From assembly GCA_018053665.1 (NCBI GenBank), contig JAGPKZ010000004.1, positions 1,463-65,462 on the forward strand: a DNA stretch of 64,000 bases. Direction: 5' to 3'. Position numbers and translations under genes: made by a program. This DNA is from Prevotella sp. Its GTDB lineage: Bacteria > Bacteroidota > Bacteroidia > Bacteroidales > Bacteroidaceae. Each line of letters begins with the position of its first letter. Position 1 is the first letter of the stretch. Positions 19,157 to 29,450 of the stretch are shown one piece after another. The notes beneath the pieces were generated by a model that saw only the letters and a program-made list of their open reading frames with translations, was not told the DNA's origin and did not search any database.

Positions 19157-20233
19157 ATGAAAAAGCAGAAAATATTATTCATTGACCGTGACGGTACTCT
19201 TATAGAGGAACCGGCTGATGAACAGATTGATTCTTTCGAAAAGCTGAAGTTTACTAAAGGTGTATTCAAGAACCTTGAATTTATACGCAGAAATTTAGAC
19301 TTTCGCTTTGTAATGGTCAGCAACCAAGATGGACTGGGAACGAAATCATTCCCCGAAGATACCTTTTGGCCTGTACATAATTTCATTATCCAAACTTTGG
19401 AAGGCGAAGGTATTACATTCGATGATCAACTGATTGACCGCCATTTCTCAGAAGATAATTCACCAATGAGGAAACCTGGTACAGGAATGTTAAAGAAATA
19501 CTTAAACAATCAGGATTATGACATTGAAGGTAGCTTTGTTATAGGTGACAGAGATAGTGATGCTAAACTAGCTGAAAACATAGGATGCAAGTCCCTTATC
19601 TTGGGACAAGACGGTATTACTTGGGATAAGATAGCCGAGATTCTGTTTGCTGGAGAAAGAATTGCTGAGACACGACGTACAACAAAAGAAACAGATATCT
19701 ATGTAAAGCTAAATCTTGACGGTACAGGAAAATGCGACATATCAACAGGTTTGGGATTCTTTGACCACATGCTTGAACAGATAGGCAAACACGGAATGAT
19801 GGATTTGACAATTCACGCAGAAGGAGATTTAAACGTTGACGAGCACCATACCATCGAGGATACAGCAATAACACTAGGCGGATGCATACTTAGCGCACTT
19901 GGCGACAAGAGAGGTATTGAAAGATATGGATATTGTCTACCTATGGATGACTGCCTTTGTCAAGTGGCACTCGACTTTGGTGGACGCCCTTGGCTTGTAT
20001 GGGACGCAGAATTTAATCGTGAGAAAATAGGAGAAATGCCTACAGAAATGTTCCTGCATTTCTTCAAGAGTTTAAGTGATGCAGCGCAGATGAATCTTAA
20101 TATCAAGGCTGAAGGCACTAATGAGCACCATAAAATAGAAGGTATTTTTAAAGCATTGGCACGTTCGTTAAAGATGGCTGTAAAGCGTGATATCTATCAT
20201 TACGAACTTCCTTCAACAAAGGGAAAGTTATAG
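19157..20233 (+). CDS. hisB: Bifunctional histidinol-phosphatase/imidazoleglycerol-phosphate dehydratase
   Basis: [11 protein letters not shown] motif; [14 protein letters not shown] and NEHHKIE IGPD motifs. Confidence 0.97.
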   Translation: MKKQKILFIDRDGTLIEEPADEQIDSFEKLKFTKGVFKNLEFIRRNLDFRFVMVSNQDGLGTKSFPEDTFWPVHNFIIQTLEGEGITFDDQLIDRHFSEDNSPMRKPGTGMLKKYLNNQDYDIEGSFVIGDRDSDAKLAENIGCKSLILGQDGITWDKIAEILFAGERIAETRRTTKETDIYVKLNLDGTGKCDISTGLGFFDHMLEQIGKHGMMDLTIHAEGDLNVDEHHTIEDTAITLGGCILSALGDKRGIERYGYCLPMDDCLCQVALDFGGRPWLVWDAEFNREKIGEMPTEMFLHFFKSLSDAAQMNLNIKAEGTNEHHKIEGIFKALARSLKMAVKRDIYHYELPSTKGKL

Positions 20234-20324
20234 TATAAACATTAAATAGCTATATAAAAAGTTAACTGGAGTTAAATCGTGAATATTTATCATTTCACAA
20301 ACAGTTGCTTTGGATAAAAATAAG

Positions 20325-20332
20325 TAACTTTG
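20325..20332 (+). promoter_or_regulatory. -7 promoter box (TAACTTTG) for rplU-rpmA
   Basis: TAnnTTTG about 85 nt upstream of rplU. Confidence 0.6.
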
Positions 20333-20416
20333 CGCCCGATTTAGTCCGTTTTAGGCTCAGACAAGTGTTGACATAAGTCATCCGCCTAGCGGAGAAACCC
20401 GTTTAATAAATAAACA

Positions 20417-20734
20417 ATGTACGCAATCGTAGAGATTAACGGTCAGCAGTTTAAAGCTGAAGAAGGCATGAAACTCTTTGTGCATCACATTAAGGATGTA
20501 GAAGAGGGTGAGACTGTTGAATTTGACAAGGTTCTGCTCGTAGACAAAGACGGAGCAGTTACAGTCGGCGCACCAACAGTTGAAGGTGCAAAAGTTGTAG
20601 TTGAAGTTGTGAACCCACTCGTAAAGGGTGACAAGGTTATCGTTTTCAAGATGAAACGCCGTAAGGATTTCCGCAAGAAGAATGGTCACCGTTCACAGTT
20701 CACAGAGGTAACAGTAAAATCAATTAACGCTTAA
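20417..20734 (+). CDS. rplU: 50S ribosomal protein L21
   Basis: [13 protein letters not shown]...KNGHRSQFT. Confidence 0.98.
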   Translation: MYAIVEINGQQFKAEEGMKLFVHHIKDVEEGETVEFDKVLLVDKDGAVTVGAPTVEGAKVVVEVVNPLVKGDKVIVFKMKRRKDFRKKNGHRSQFTEVTVKSINA

Positions 20735-20751
20735 AATCAGGAGGACAAAAC

Positions 20752-21039
20752 ATGGCACACAAGAAAGGTGTAGGTAGTTCTAAGAACGGACGTGACTCAG
20801 CTTCACAGAGATTAGGCGTAAAAATTTGGGGTGGTCAGAAAGTTATCGCAGGTAACATCATCATCCGTCAGCGTGGTAACAAACACTTCGCAGGCGATAA
20901 TGTTGCTCAGGGTAAAGACGACACTCTCTATGCTCTTACAGATGGTCTAGTATACTTCCACAAGGGCAAGAAGGACAAGAGTACAGTTTCTGTTCTCTCA
21001 CCTGAACTTTACGCAGCTAAAACTAAGGTTGAAGCTTAA
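20752..21039 (+). CDS. rpmA: 50S ribosomal protein L27
   Basis: [16 protein letters not shown]...RLGVK. Confidence 0.98.
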   Translation: MAHKKGVGSSKNGRDSASQRLGVKIWGGQKVIAGNIIIRQRGNKHFAGDNVAQGKDDTLYALTDGLVYFHKGKKDKSTVSVLSPELYAAKTKVEA

Positions 21040-21071
21040 ATAATTAAACACTTATTCCAAACAAACAATAG

Positions 21072-21102
21072 AATGCCAACTCCGATGGAGTTGGCATTTC
21101 TT
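21072..21102 (+). terminator. Intrinsic terminator of rplU-rpmA
   Basis: AATGCCAACTCC-GAT-GGAGTTGGCATT hairpin with a T-rich tail. Confidence 0.8.
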
Positions 21103-21222
21103 CGTTATAATAAAATGAAGTTTCTTAACGATATCATAAAAAACCACTACTTTATAACACAAACGTATTAACATTGAAACGAATTTAAGATATCATTATA
21201 TACCAACATTGGGTATTGATAA

Positions 21223-21263
21223 AAATAAAAGGATTGCGAAATAATATCACAATCCTTTTATTT
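21223..21263 (-). terminator. Probable terminator of the DUF3127 gene
   Basis: AAATAAAAGGATTGCGA...TCACAATCCTTTTATTT inverted repeat. Confidence 0.65.
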
Positions 21264-21316
21264 AAATAGAGAAATACCAATAGAAACATCAGTATTCACT
21301 ACAAACTTTTGATTAA

Positions 21317-21703
21317 TTAGAATGGTAAATCATCAGCACTCTCCGCATTTTCTGTATTCTGCATTGGAGGGAATGGAGCTTGAGCTTCTGGAGCATTGAA
21401 AGCAGCAGGAGCTGCGCCTGCACCTAGAGTGGCAGGATCTACCTGACGAACATCAAAAGCACGAATGCTGTTAAACCAACGACCATTATATTCGTGGGCA
21501 TCAATATCAAAAGACACCAACACTTCCTGTCCTACCTGGATGTTAAAACGCTGCAAACGCTCTGCACCAAACACAGAGAACACCATTTTGTGAGGATATG
21601 ATTCATGAGTTTCGATAACAAAATCCTGTGATTTCCATTCTCCACGGCTAGAAACGCCAGTACGCTCTGGTAGAGCGACAATTACTTTACCTTGTAATTC
21701 CAT
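21317..21703 (-). CDS. DUF3127 family protein (OB-fold/SSB-like with acidic DDLPF tail)
   Basis: MELQGKVI...WKSQDFVIET...GRWFNSIRAF...DDLPF. Confidence 0.85.
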   Translation of the reverse strand: MELQGKVIVALPERTGVSSRGEWKSQDFVIETHESYPHKMVFSVFGAERLQRFNIQVGQEVLVSFDIDAHEYNGRWFNSIRAFDVRQVDPATLGAGAAPAAFNAPEAQAPFPPMQNTENAESADDLPF

Positions 21704-21904
21704 AATTCAAATATATTATTTTTAAGTATACTCTACTATAACGTGAAAGATTTTATAAATCCCACTTCAGTGTGCGAAATTACTAAAATAGTTCTAATAA
21801 ATGAAATTTTTTATGCGTTTTTTTTGTTTTAGACAATGGTTTTTAGTATTTTTGTAATCTGAAAAATATAATATCAGAACAATAACGAATAAAAGAAAAC
21901 AATA

Positions 21905-23026
21905 ATGAGATTCACATTATCAAGCGGAACACTTAACGCACGCCTGCAATCACTTTCAAAAGTGATTAACAGCAAGAATTCTATTCCAATTCTCGACAGC
22001 CTCCTTTTCGAAGTAAGTAACAGTGAACTTAAAATAACTGCATCAGACAACGAGAATGTTATGACATCATCAGTTACACTTGACGAGTGTGACGGCGAAG
22101 GTAGTTTTGCTGTACCAAGCCGCACTATTCTTGACGCAGTAAAAGAGCTTCCAGAGCAGCCATTGTCATTTGATGTAGACACAGAGGCACTTACCATAAA
22201 GATTCTCTATCAGAACGGTATGTATAACTTCACAGCACAAAATGCTGACGAATATCCACATACACAGACGGTTCCTGATAGTGCCACAATTATTACCCTG
22301 AACTCAACATCACTTGTTAACAATATCACACGTTCATTATTCGCTACAGCTCAAGATGAGCTAAGACCAGTAATGAATGGTATATACTTTGACCTTACAA
22401 CAGACTATTTGGCTATTGTAGCAACAGATGGACACAAACTTGTGCGCAATCAGAACTATAATATAAAGAGCGAGACTGCTGCATCATTTATATTGCCAAA
22501 GAAACCTGCAACACTGCTGAAAAATGTTCTTAGCAAAGACGGAAGCGATGTAGTTATCAAATTCGACGATCGCTGCGCTGAGATTAAATTCACAGACGGG
22601 CAATTATCATGCCGACTAATAGAAGGTAATTATCCTAACTACAACAGCGTGATTCCTGAGAATCCTAACAATATGAACATTGATCGCAAAAGCCTTATCG
22701 GAGCACTTCGCCGTGTACTTCCGTTCGCAAGCGAAAGCAGTCAGTTGATACGTTTTCATATTGAAGCTGGTAAGTTGGAAGTTTCTTCAGAAGATATAGA
22801 CTTCGCTACAAGCGCCAAGGAACAAATCACATGCGAATATAGTAGTCAACCAATAAACATAGGTTTTAAGGGTAGCTCATTACAAGAAATACTTAACAAC
22901 ATCGAAAGCGATGAAGTTATCTTCCAATTGGCAGACCCTAGCAGAGCTGGAGTTATTGTACCAGCAGAGCAACCTGAGAATGAAAATATTCTCACATTGA
23001 TTATGCCAATGTTACTAAACGACTAG
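21905..23026 (+). CDS. dnaN: DNA polymerase III beta sliding clamp
   Basis: RPVMNGI, VATDGHKL, RLIEGNYPNY, LIMPM. Confidence 0.97.
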   Translation: MRFTLSSGTLNARLQSLSKVINSKNSIPILDSLLFEVSNSELKITASDNENVMTSSVTLDECDGEGSFAVPSRTILDAVKELPEQPLSFDVDTEALTIKILYQNGMYNFTAQNADEYPHTQTVPDSATIITLNSTSLVNNITRSLFATAQDELRPVMNGIYFDLTTDYLAIVATDGHKLVRNQNYNIKSETAASFILPKKPATLLKNVLSKDGSDVVIKFDDRCAEIKFTDGQLSCRLIEGNYPNYNSVIPENPNNMNIDRKSLIGALRRVLPFASESSQLIRFHIEAGKLEVSSEDIDFATSAKEQITCEYSSQPINIGFKGSSLQEILNNIESDEVIFQLADPSRAGVIVPAEQPENENILTLIMPMLLND

Positions 23027-23051
23027 TATATCATTTTAAAATAAACATATT

Positions 23052-23906
23052 TTGAAACTAAATATTACAAAGCCCCTGATAGTCTTCGACTTAGAGACCA
23101 CGGGGCTTGATATTGTAAACGACAGAATAATACAGATATCATATATAAAGGTTAATCCTGATGGTAGCGAAGATAGAGGCGACTATTTAGTAAATCCCAA
23201 AAAGCACATTCCTAATGAGGTTGTTGCTTTGACGGGCATTGACGACGAAAAGGTTAAGGATGCTCCAACTTTCAAGGAATTATCATCTGAATTAAGCGAG
23301 AACTTTAAAGGATGCGACTTTGCCGGATTTAATTCTAATAGATTTGATGTTCCTATGCTTGCTGAGGAATTTCTACGTGCAGGTGTTGACTATGATTTTT
23401 CAAAGAGTAGACTCATAGACGCACAGATAATATTCCACAAAATGGAAAAGCGAAATCTTGCAGCTGCATATAAGTTCTACTGCGGGCACAAGATGGAAGA
23501 CGATTTCGAGGCGCATCGTGCAGACCAAGACACAGAAGCAACATATCGTGTGCTTATGGGCGAACTTGAAATGTACACAGCTGATAATCAGGAAGAACCA
23601 GAAAGAGTGTTGCCTAACAACATGGATGACCTTGCAGACTTCTCAAAACAAAATGACAATGTTGACTTTGCTGGTAGAATTGTCTGGCGACCAATAACCG
23701 ACAAAGATGGCAATCCACTTACAGACAAACAAGGTGATACGCAAAAACATGAGGTTTTCAATTTCGGAAAATATAAGGATATGCCTGTTGCCGAAGTATT
23801 GAAAAAAGACTCTGGATATTATTCTTGGATGCTTGGAGCTGACTTTCCTAACAACACCAAACAGATTCTTACTCGTATCAGATTAAGAGAATTCAACAAC
23901 AGATAA
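23052..23906 (+). CDS. DEDDh 3'-5' exonuclease (Pol III epsilon-like)
   Basis: FDLETTG, FNSNRFD, HRADQD; C-terminal FNFGKYK module; TTG start. Confidence 0.9.
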   Translation: MKLNITKPLIVFDLETTGLDIVNDRIIQISYIKVNPDGSEDRGDYLVNPKKHIPNEVVALTGIDDEKVKDAPTFKELSSELSENFKGCDFAGFNSNRFDVPMLAEEFLRAGVDYDFSKSRLIDAQIIFHKMEKRNLAAAYKFYCGHKMEDDFEAHRADQDTEATYRVLMGELEMYTADNQEEPERVLPNNMDDLADFSKQNDNVDFAGRIVWRPITDKDGNPLTDKQGDTQKHEVFNFGKYKDMPVAEVLKKDSGYYSWMLGADFPNNTKQILTRIRLREFNNR

Positions 23907-25096
23907 TGCTAAAAGGAAAAAAAATAGTATTAGGAATTACAGGTTCAATAGCAGCCTACAAATCGTGCCTCATCATTCGCGAACTTATAAAACGCGGTGC
24001 TGAGGTACAAGTTGTTATTACCCCTGCTGGAAAAGAATTTATCACACCAATAACACTTTCTGCTCTTACACATAATCCCGTAATAAGTGAATTTTTCTCA
24101 CAACGTGACGGTACATGGAATTCGCATGTTGACCTAGGTTTATGGGCTGACGCAATGCTTATTGCCCCATGTACGGCAAGCAGCATTGGAAAAATGGCAA
24201 ACGGAATAGCCGACAACATGCTCATTACAACATATCTTAGCATGAAAGCTCCAGTTTTCATTGCTCCTGCAATGGACCTTGACATGTATAAGCATCCGTC
24301 AACACAGGCAAATCTTGAAAAGCTGAAGGAGTACGGAAATAACATTATTGAACCGGCTAGCGGGTATTTGGCTAGCGGACTTGAAGGTAAGGGACGCATG
24401 GAAGACCCTGAAAAGATTGTAGAAACTCTTGACAGACAATTCAGCAAGAAAGATCTTAAAGGAAAGCAAATAATGATTACAGCCGGACCAACATACGAAA
24501 AAATTGATCCGGTGAGATTCATAGGCAACTATTCTAGCGGAAAAATGGGATTTGCCATTGCTGAGGAATGCTATCAACGTGGGGCTGACGTGACACTAAT
24601 ATCTGGTCCTGTGTCTATGAAATGCTCTGATGGGATAAATAGAATTGATGTAGAGAACTGCGAAAGCATGTACAATGAAGCTACAAAAGCTTTTAATAAC
24701 TGTGACGCAGCAATTCTATGTGCTGCTGTTGCCGACTTTAAACCAGAAAACGTTGCTGACAAAAAAATAAAGCGTGAGAATAATGACTTAATTATCAAAC
24801 TAAAGTCCACTCATGATATTGCAGCATCTCTTGGAAAAATAAAGAACAGCAAACAGAAAATCGTAGCATTCGCATTGGAAACTAACGATGAGGAGATGAA
24901 TGCCAAGCATAAGCTGGAAAAGAAAAATGCAGACTTCATCGTACTAAATTCAACAAGAATTTCAGGTACTACATTTCGTAGTGACGAAAATCAGATAACC
25001 ATTATTAGTAAGGATGGTAAAAAGGAATATGACAAAAAACCTAAATCTGAAGTTGCGACTGATATCATTGATGAGTTGGCTAATATTATGCAATAA
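23906..25096 (+). CDS. coaBC: Phosphopantothenoylcysteine decarboxylase/phosphopantothenate--cysteine ligase
   Basis: GITGSIAAYK, APAMD, TAGPTYEKIDPVRFIGNYSSGKMG. Confidence 0.97.
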   Translation: MLKGKKIVLGITGSIAAYKSCLIIRELIKRGAEVQVVITPAGKEFITPITLSALTHNPVISEFFSQRDGTWNSHVDLGLWADAMLIAPCTASSIGKMANGIADNMLITTYLSMKAPVFIAPAMDLDMYKHPSTQANLEKLKEYGNNIIEPASGYLASGLEGKGRMEDPEKIVETLDRQFSKKDLKGKQIMITAGPTYEKIDPVRFIGNYSSGKMGFAIAEECYQRGADVTLISGPVSMKCSDGINRIDVENCESMYNEATKAFNNCDAAILCAAVADFKPENVADKKIKRENNDLIIKLKSTHDIAASLGKIKNSKQKIVAFALETNDEEMNAKHKLEKKNADFIVLNSTRISGTTFRSDENQITIISKDGKKEYDKKPKSEVATDIIDELANIMQ

Positions 25097-25955
25097 TGCA
25101 GCCAATGCGCAAGAACTACAGGCAACTATAAACATTAATCATTCGCAAATTCAAGGTACCGATAATGCTGTATTCGATAATTTGCGAAATACTCTGTCAC
25201 AATTTGTAAATGAAAGGAAATGGACTAATTTACAATTCCAGAAAAACGAGCGCATAGCTTGCAGCTTTAATATTACTGTTACAAAATATGACAGAGCTAC
25301 TAACATGTTCACATGCAAGGCAATAATACAAGCTAATCGTCCTGTATATAATTCAGCCTATAGCACTACACTATACAATAATACTGACAATGATTTCAAC
25401 TTTGATTTTACTGAATTCAATCAACTAACATTTAATGACGAGAATGTTGATAACCAACTGACTGCACTCTGTGCCTACTACTCATATCTGATAATAGGAA
25501 TGAATCTTGATTCTTTTTCACCTATGGGTGGAGAGGACATCCTGCAACGTTGCATGAACGTAGCCAACAACTCACAGAATCTTAACTATACAGGATGGAA
25601 AAGTTTTGATGACAGCAAAAACAGATACGCCATAATAAATGATTATATTGACGAGGGAATGAAATCATTCCGTCAACTACAATACGATTATTATAGAAAC
25701 GGAATGGATGAGATGGCTCAAAATCCAGAAAAAGGAAGAGTCAACATATCATCTGCTATTGAAAGCGACCTTAAAACAGCTCATGAGGCACGTCCTATGA
25801 GCATGTTGCCACAGATATGGACAGATTACAAAAAAGACGAAATAGCAAGCATCTACAATGGCAAAGGAACACAGAATGAAAAAGAAAAGATATATAGTAT
25901 TTTATTTGGCATAAACGCAAGCCAAAACAACTCTTGGAACAAAATTAAAGAATAG
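25029..25955 (+). CDS. DUF4835 family protein (PorD-like)
   Basis: Signal peptide then AQELQATININ; RPVYNSAY and DSFSPMGG; usual position between coaBC and recN; start overlaps coaBC and is uncertain. Confidence 0.8.
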   Translation: MTKNLNLKLRLISLMSWLILCNNAANAQELQATININHSQIQGTDNAVFDNLRNTLSQFVNERKWTNLQFQKNERIACSFNITVTKYDRATNMFTCKAIIQANRPVYNSAYSTTLYNNTDNDFNFDFTEFNQLTFNDENVDNQLTALCAYYSYLIIGMNLDSFSPMGGEDILQRCMNVANNSQNLNYTGWKSFDDSKNRYAIINDYIDEGMKSFRQLQYDYYRNGMDEMAQNPEKGRVNISSAIESDLKTAHEARPMSMLPQIWTDYKKDEIASIYNGKGTQNEKEKIYSILFGINASQNNSWNKIKE

Positions 25956-25960
25956 CAATA

Positions 25961-27619
25961 ATGTTAAAACAGCTTTACATAAGAAATTTCACATTGATAG
26001 ACGAACTGAACATTACATTCAATTCGGGTTTTTCTGTAATAACTGGTGAAACTGGTGCCGGAAAGAGTATAATACTTGGGGCTATTGGCTTACTGCTTGG
26101 ACAAAGAGCTGACTTGAAAGTTATTAAATCAGGAAAAGACAAGTGCGTTATTGAAGCTCACTTCGACCTGAGGAAATATGATATGGACTCATTTTTCACC
26201 AACAACGACATTGACTATGAACCAGAAGACTGCATTATAAGAAGGGAAATAAGCAAGAATGGCAAAAGCCGCGCCTTCATCAATGATACTCCCGTCCAAC
26301 TTGCAATGATGCGTGAACTGGGAGAAATGCTTGTAGATATCCACAGCCAACACCAAAACCTACTATTACAAAAGGAAGACTTTCAACTTAATGTGGTAGA
26401 CATAATAGCCAAAGACAATAAGGAACTGAAAGATTATCAAAACTGTTTTGCCAAATATCATGAGGCAATAAAGGAACTTCAAAAGGTTAAAGATAACATT
26501 GCTCAAAGTCGTGATAATGAAGAGTTTATGAGATTTCAGTTTGATGAGATAAACAAGGCACAGCTTGTAGACGGAGAACAGGAAACAATAGAACAGGAAA
26601 CAGAACAGTTGAGTCATTCAGAGGAAATAAAGGAGGCTTTATACGATAGTGACAATGCTCTTATGGCAGACACAAACGGAGCTGTTGAACAAGTGAAAAT
26701 TGCCACTTCAAGACTACAGAATATTGAGAATGTATTTCAAAACGCTAAAGAACTTGCCGAACGACTGTCCAACTGCCATATAGAACTAAAAGATATTGCA
26801 CAGGAAATAAGTCATGATGTGGAGAATGTTGACTTTGATCCTGACAAATTGAATAATCTCACTCAGAGACTTGACTATATATATTCTCTTGAACAAAAGT
26901 TCCACGTAAACAGTATTGCTGAATTGCTGACAATACGTGATGATTTAAAAATTAAATTGGATAATATAGACAATTCTGATGACACAATAAAAGAAACGCA
27001 ACAGAAGGTTGACACACTCAAAAATGAATGTACCAACAAATCAGGTAAACTTACAAAATTGCGCACAGAATCAGCTAAAAAGGTTGAAAAGGAAATGTCT
27101 GAGCGTCTCGTACCATTAGGAATACCGAATGTGCGTTTCCAGATAGAATTTACAAATAAGGAACTGTCTGAAGACGGAACTAACAAGATTTCATTCTTGT
27201 TCAGCGCAAACAAGAGTACCCCACTCCAACCTGTAAGTCAAGTTGCATCAGGCGGTGAGATTGCACGTGTGATGTTGTCGCTCAAGGCTATGATAAGTGG
27301 TGTAGTGAAACTGCCAACAATCATATTCGACGAGATTGATACCGGCGTAAGCGGCAGGGTTGCAGAGATGATGGCACAAATAATGCAGGAAATGGGAAAC
27401 AATGAACGACAAGTGATAAGTATCACTCACCTACCACAAATTGCCGCATTAGGTTCTACTCACTATAAAGTTGAAAAGGAAGAAACAGCAGAAGGAACAA
27501 CAAGCAGAATGCGTATGCTAAACAGCAAGGAACGTATAAATGAAATTGCCCAAATGCTAAGCGGAAGTAATATTTCAGAAGAGGCAATAAATAATGCAAA
27601 GTCTCTTCTTAAACTATAA
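25961..27619 (+). CDS. recN: DNA repair protein RecN
   Basis: TGETGAGKS, ASGGEIAR, IFDEIDTGVSG, ITHLPQIAA. Confidence 0.97.
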   Translation: MLKQLYIRNFTLIDELNITFNSGFSVITGETGAGKSIILGAIGLLLGQRADLKVIKSGKDKCVIEAHFDLRKYDMDSFFTNNDIDYEPEDCIIRREISKNGKSRAFINDTPVQLAMMRELGEMLVDIHSQHQNLLLQKEDFQLNVVDIIAKDNKELKDYQNCFAKYHEAIKELQKVKDNIAQSRDNEEFMRFQFDEINKAQLVDGEQETIEQETEQLSHSEEIKEALYDSDNALMADTNGAVEQVKIATSRLQNIENVFQNAKELAERLSNCHIELKDIAQEISHDVENVDFDPDKLNNLTQRLDYIYSLEQKFHVNSIAELLTIRDDLKIKLDNIDNSDDTIKETQQKVDTLKNECTNKSGKLTKLRTESAKKVEKEMSERLVPLGIPNVRFQIEFTNKELSEDGTNKISFLFSANKSTPLQPVSQVASGGEIARVMLSLKAMISGVVKLPTIIFDEIDTGVSGRVAEMMAQIMQEMGNNERQVISITHLPQIAALGSTHYKVEKEETAEGTTSRMRMLNSKERINEIAQMLSGSNISEEAINNAKSLLKL

Positions 27620-27642
27620 ACAAAAAATAAAATCACATACTT

Positions 27643-29295
27643 ATGAAAAGAATCTATTTATTGATTATGTCAATCGTCTTCTCTATATCAGGAGTATTGG
27701 CACAATCAGCACAAGTTCAAAAAGCAGCGAAATCTGTCTTCACTTTGACAACATTCAATAAAGATGGCAGTATTCACGCATCAAGTCATGGCGTCTTTGT
27801 TGGCAAAGACGGCGAAGCAATCAGTACTTGGGAACCATTTATTGGTGCAGATCATGCCATTGTCGTTGATGCAAATGGTAAGACATACAATGTTGATGCA
27901 ATTGTAGGAGCTAACGAATTGTATGATGTCTGCAAATTCATTGTTGACGGTAGTACAATAAAGGCTGATGTCGCTTCAACACAAGCAAATGGCAATGTCT
28001 TTCTTCTTAACTATTCATTAAAGAAAGCAGACGTTAAGACTTTCAAGATTACAAGTATTGAGAAGTTTATGGACAAGTATAACTACTACATATTTTCTTC
28101 TACGGCACCTGAAAACGCAGCAAGTTGCCCATTTGTAAACAACAACGGACAAGTTATAGGACTTCTTCAACTTAGCAAGAACGGTGAAATACATGCCACT
28201 GACGCTAAATTTGCCTCAGACATGGTTGTAAATGGTTTCACAATCAATGACGCTGTATTGAAGACATGCGGTATTAGAACAGCTTTACCAGACAACGAGA
28301 ACGCGGCTTTGCTTACAATGATGATGGCTAGCGAACAGACTGACTCGATATCACGTCAGAAATATATAGACGACTTTATACGTAAGTTCCCTAGCTCAAC
28401 AGAAGGTTACACAAATAAAGCTTCTAGTTATGTAAACAGCGGGAAGTTTGAGGAGGCTGACAAGGTGATGCAAACAGCAATAGAAAAGGTTGCGAAGAAA
28501 GACGAGGGTCATTCTGAATATGCAAAAGTAATATATCAGAAAGAACTTTTCAGCAACAAACCATATACAAATTGGAGTCTCGACAAAGCTCTTGATGAAT
28601 CAAAAAAGGCTTCTGCAATAAACGACTTGGATGTATATCGCCACCAACAGGCACAGATAATATATTCAAAAGGAGAATATCAAAATGCCTACGACATGTT
28701 TATGGCTTTAACAAAGACCAAACTTCGCAATGGAGAACTCTTTTACGAGGCTTCTCAATGTAAAGTTCAACTAAAAGCTCCACAGAAAGAAGTAATGGAA
28801 CTTCTTGACAGCGCAATTGCAGCTTGTCCACAACCCCTTACATCAATTGCCGCACCATATGTTCTATCACGTGGTATCGCATACAATGAAGCAAAGGATT
28901 ATCATAATGCATTGGTTGATTATAATGAATACGACTCATTAATGCTAGGCAGACCTTTAAACTCTAGTTTCTACTATACTAGATATAAATGTGAACTACA
29001 AGTACATCGTTTCCAACAAGCACTAAACGATATAGCACGTTCTATAATCCTAACACCAAATGAACCTACTTATTATGCAGAAATGGCGTCACTACAAATT
29101 CGCGTAAAAAAGAATGAAGACGCAGTAAAAGCTGCAACAAGATGTACTATACTAGCTCCTGAATATATTGATGGTTACTTATTGCTAGGCATAGCAAACA
29201 AGGAACTTGGAAATAAAGACGAAGCAAAGAAGGCTTTAGAAAAGGCTAAGTCACTAGGAGATAAACGTGCTGACGAATATTTAAAGAAACTATAA
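27643..29295 (+). CDS. Secreted protein with a trypsin-like domain and TPR repeats
   Basis: Signal peptide; SHGVFVGKDG...SCPFVNNNGQVIG trypsin-like pattern; C-terminal TPR helices. Confidence 0.8.
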   Translation: MKRIYLLIMSIVFSISGVLAQSAQVQKAAKSVFTLTTFNKDGSIHASSHGVFVGKDGEAISTWEPFIGADHAIVVDANGKTYNVDAIVGANELYDVCKFIVDGSTIKADVASTQANGNVFLLNYSLKKADVKTFKITSIEKFMDKYNYYIFSSTAPENAASCPFVNNNGQVIGLLQLSKNGEIHATDAKFASDMVVNGFTINDAVLKTCGIRTALPDNENAALLTMMMASEQTDSISRQKYIDDFIRKFPSSTEGYTNKASSYVNSGKFEEADKVMQTAIEKVAKKDEGHSEYAKVIYQKELFSNKPYTNWSLDKALDESKKASAINDLDVYRHQQAQIIYSKGEYQNAYDMFMALTKTKLRNGELFYEASQCKVQLKAPQKEVMELLDSAIAACPQPLTSIAAPYVLSRGIAYNEAKDYHNALVDYNEYDSLMLGRPLNSSFYYTRYKCELQVHRFQQALNDIARSIILTPNEPTYYAEMASLQIRVKKNEDAVKAATRCTILAPEYIDGYLLLGIANKELGNKDEAKKALEKAKSLGDKRADEYLKKL

Positions 29296-29397
29296 TGTAG
29301 CTTTTAAGACTGACTAACATTCGATTACTTGAGTTTAAAATCATACAAAAAAGACATTTATTTCGTATGTTACTTATATCTTATAATCGAATATAAA

Positions 29398-29430
29398 TAA
29401 AGCCCTTCAAGAATTTCTTGAAGGGCTTTA
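29398..29430. terminator. Bidirectional terminator
   Basis: TAAAGCCCTTCAAGAA-T-TTCTTGAAGGGCTTTA between convergent genes. Confidence 0.85.
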
Positions 29431-29450
29431 TATATTATGTATTAAGAAGA

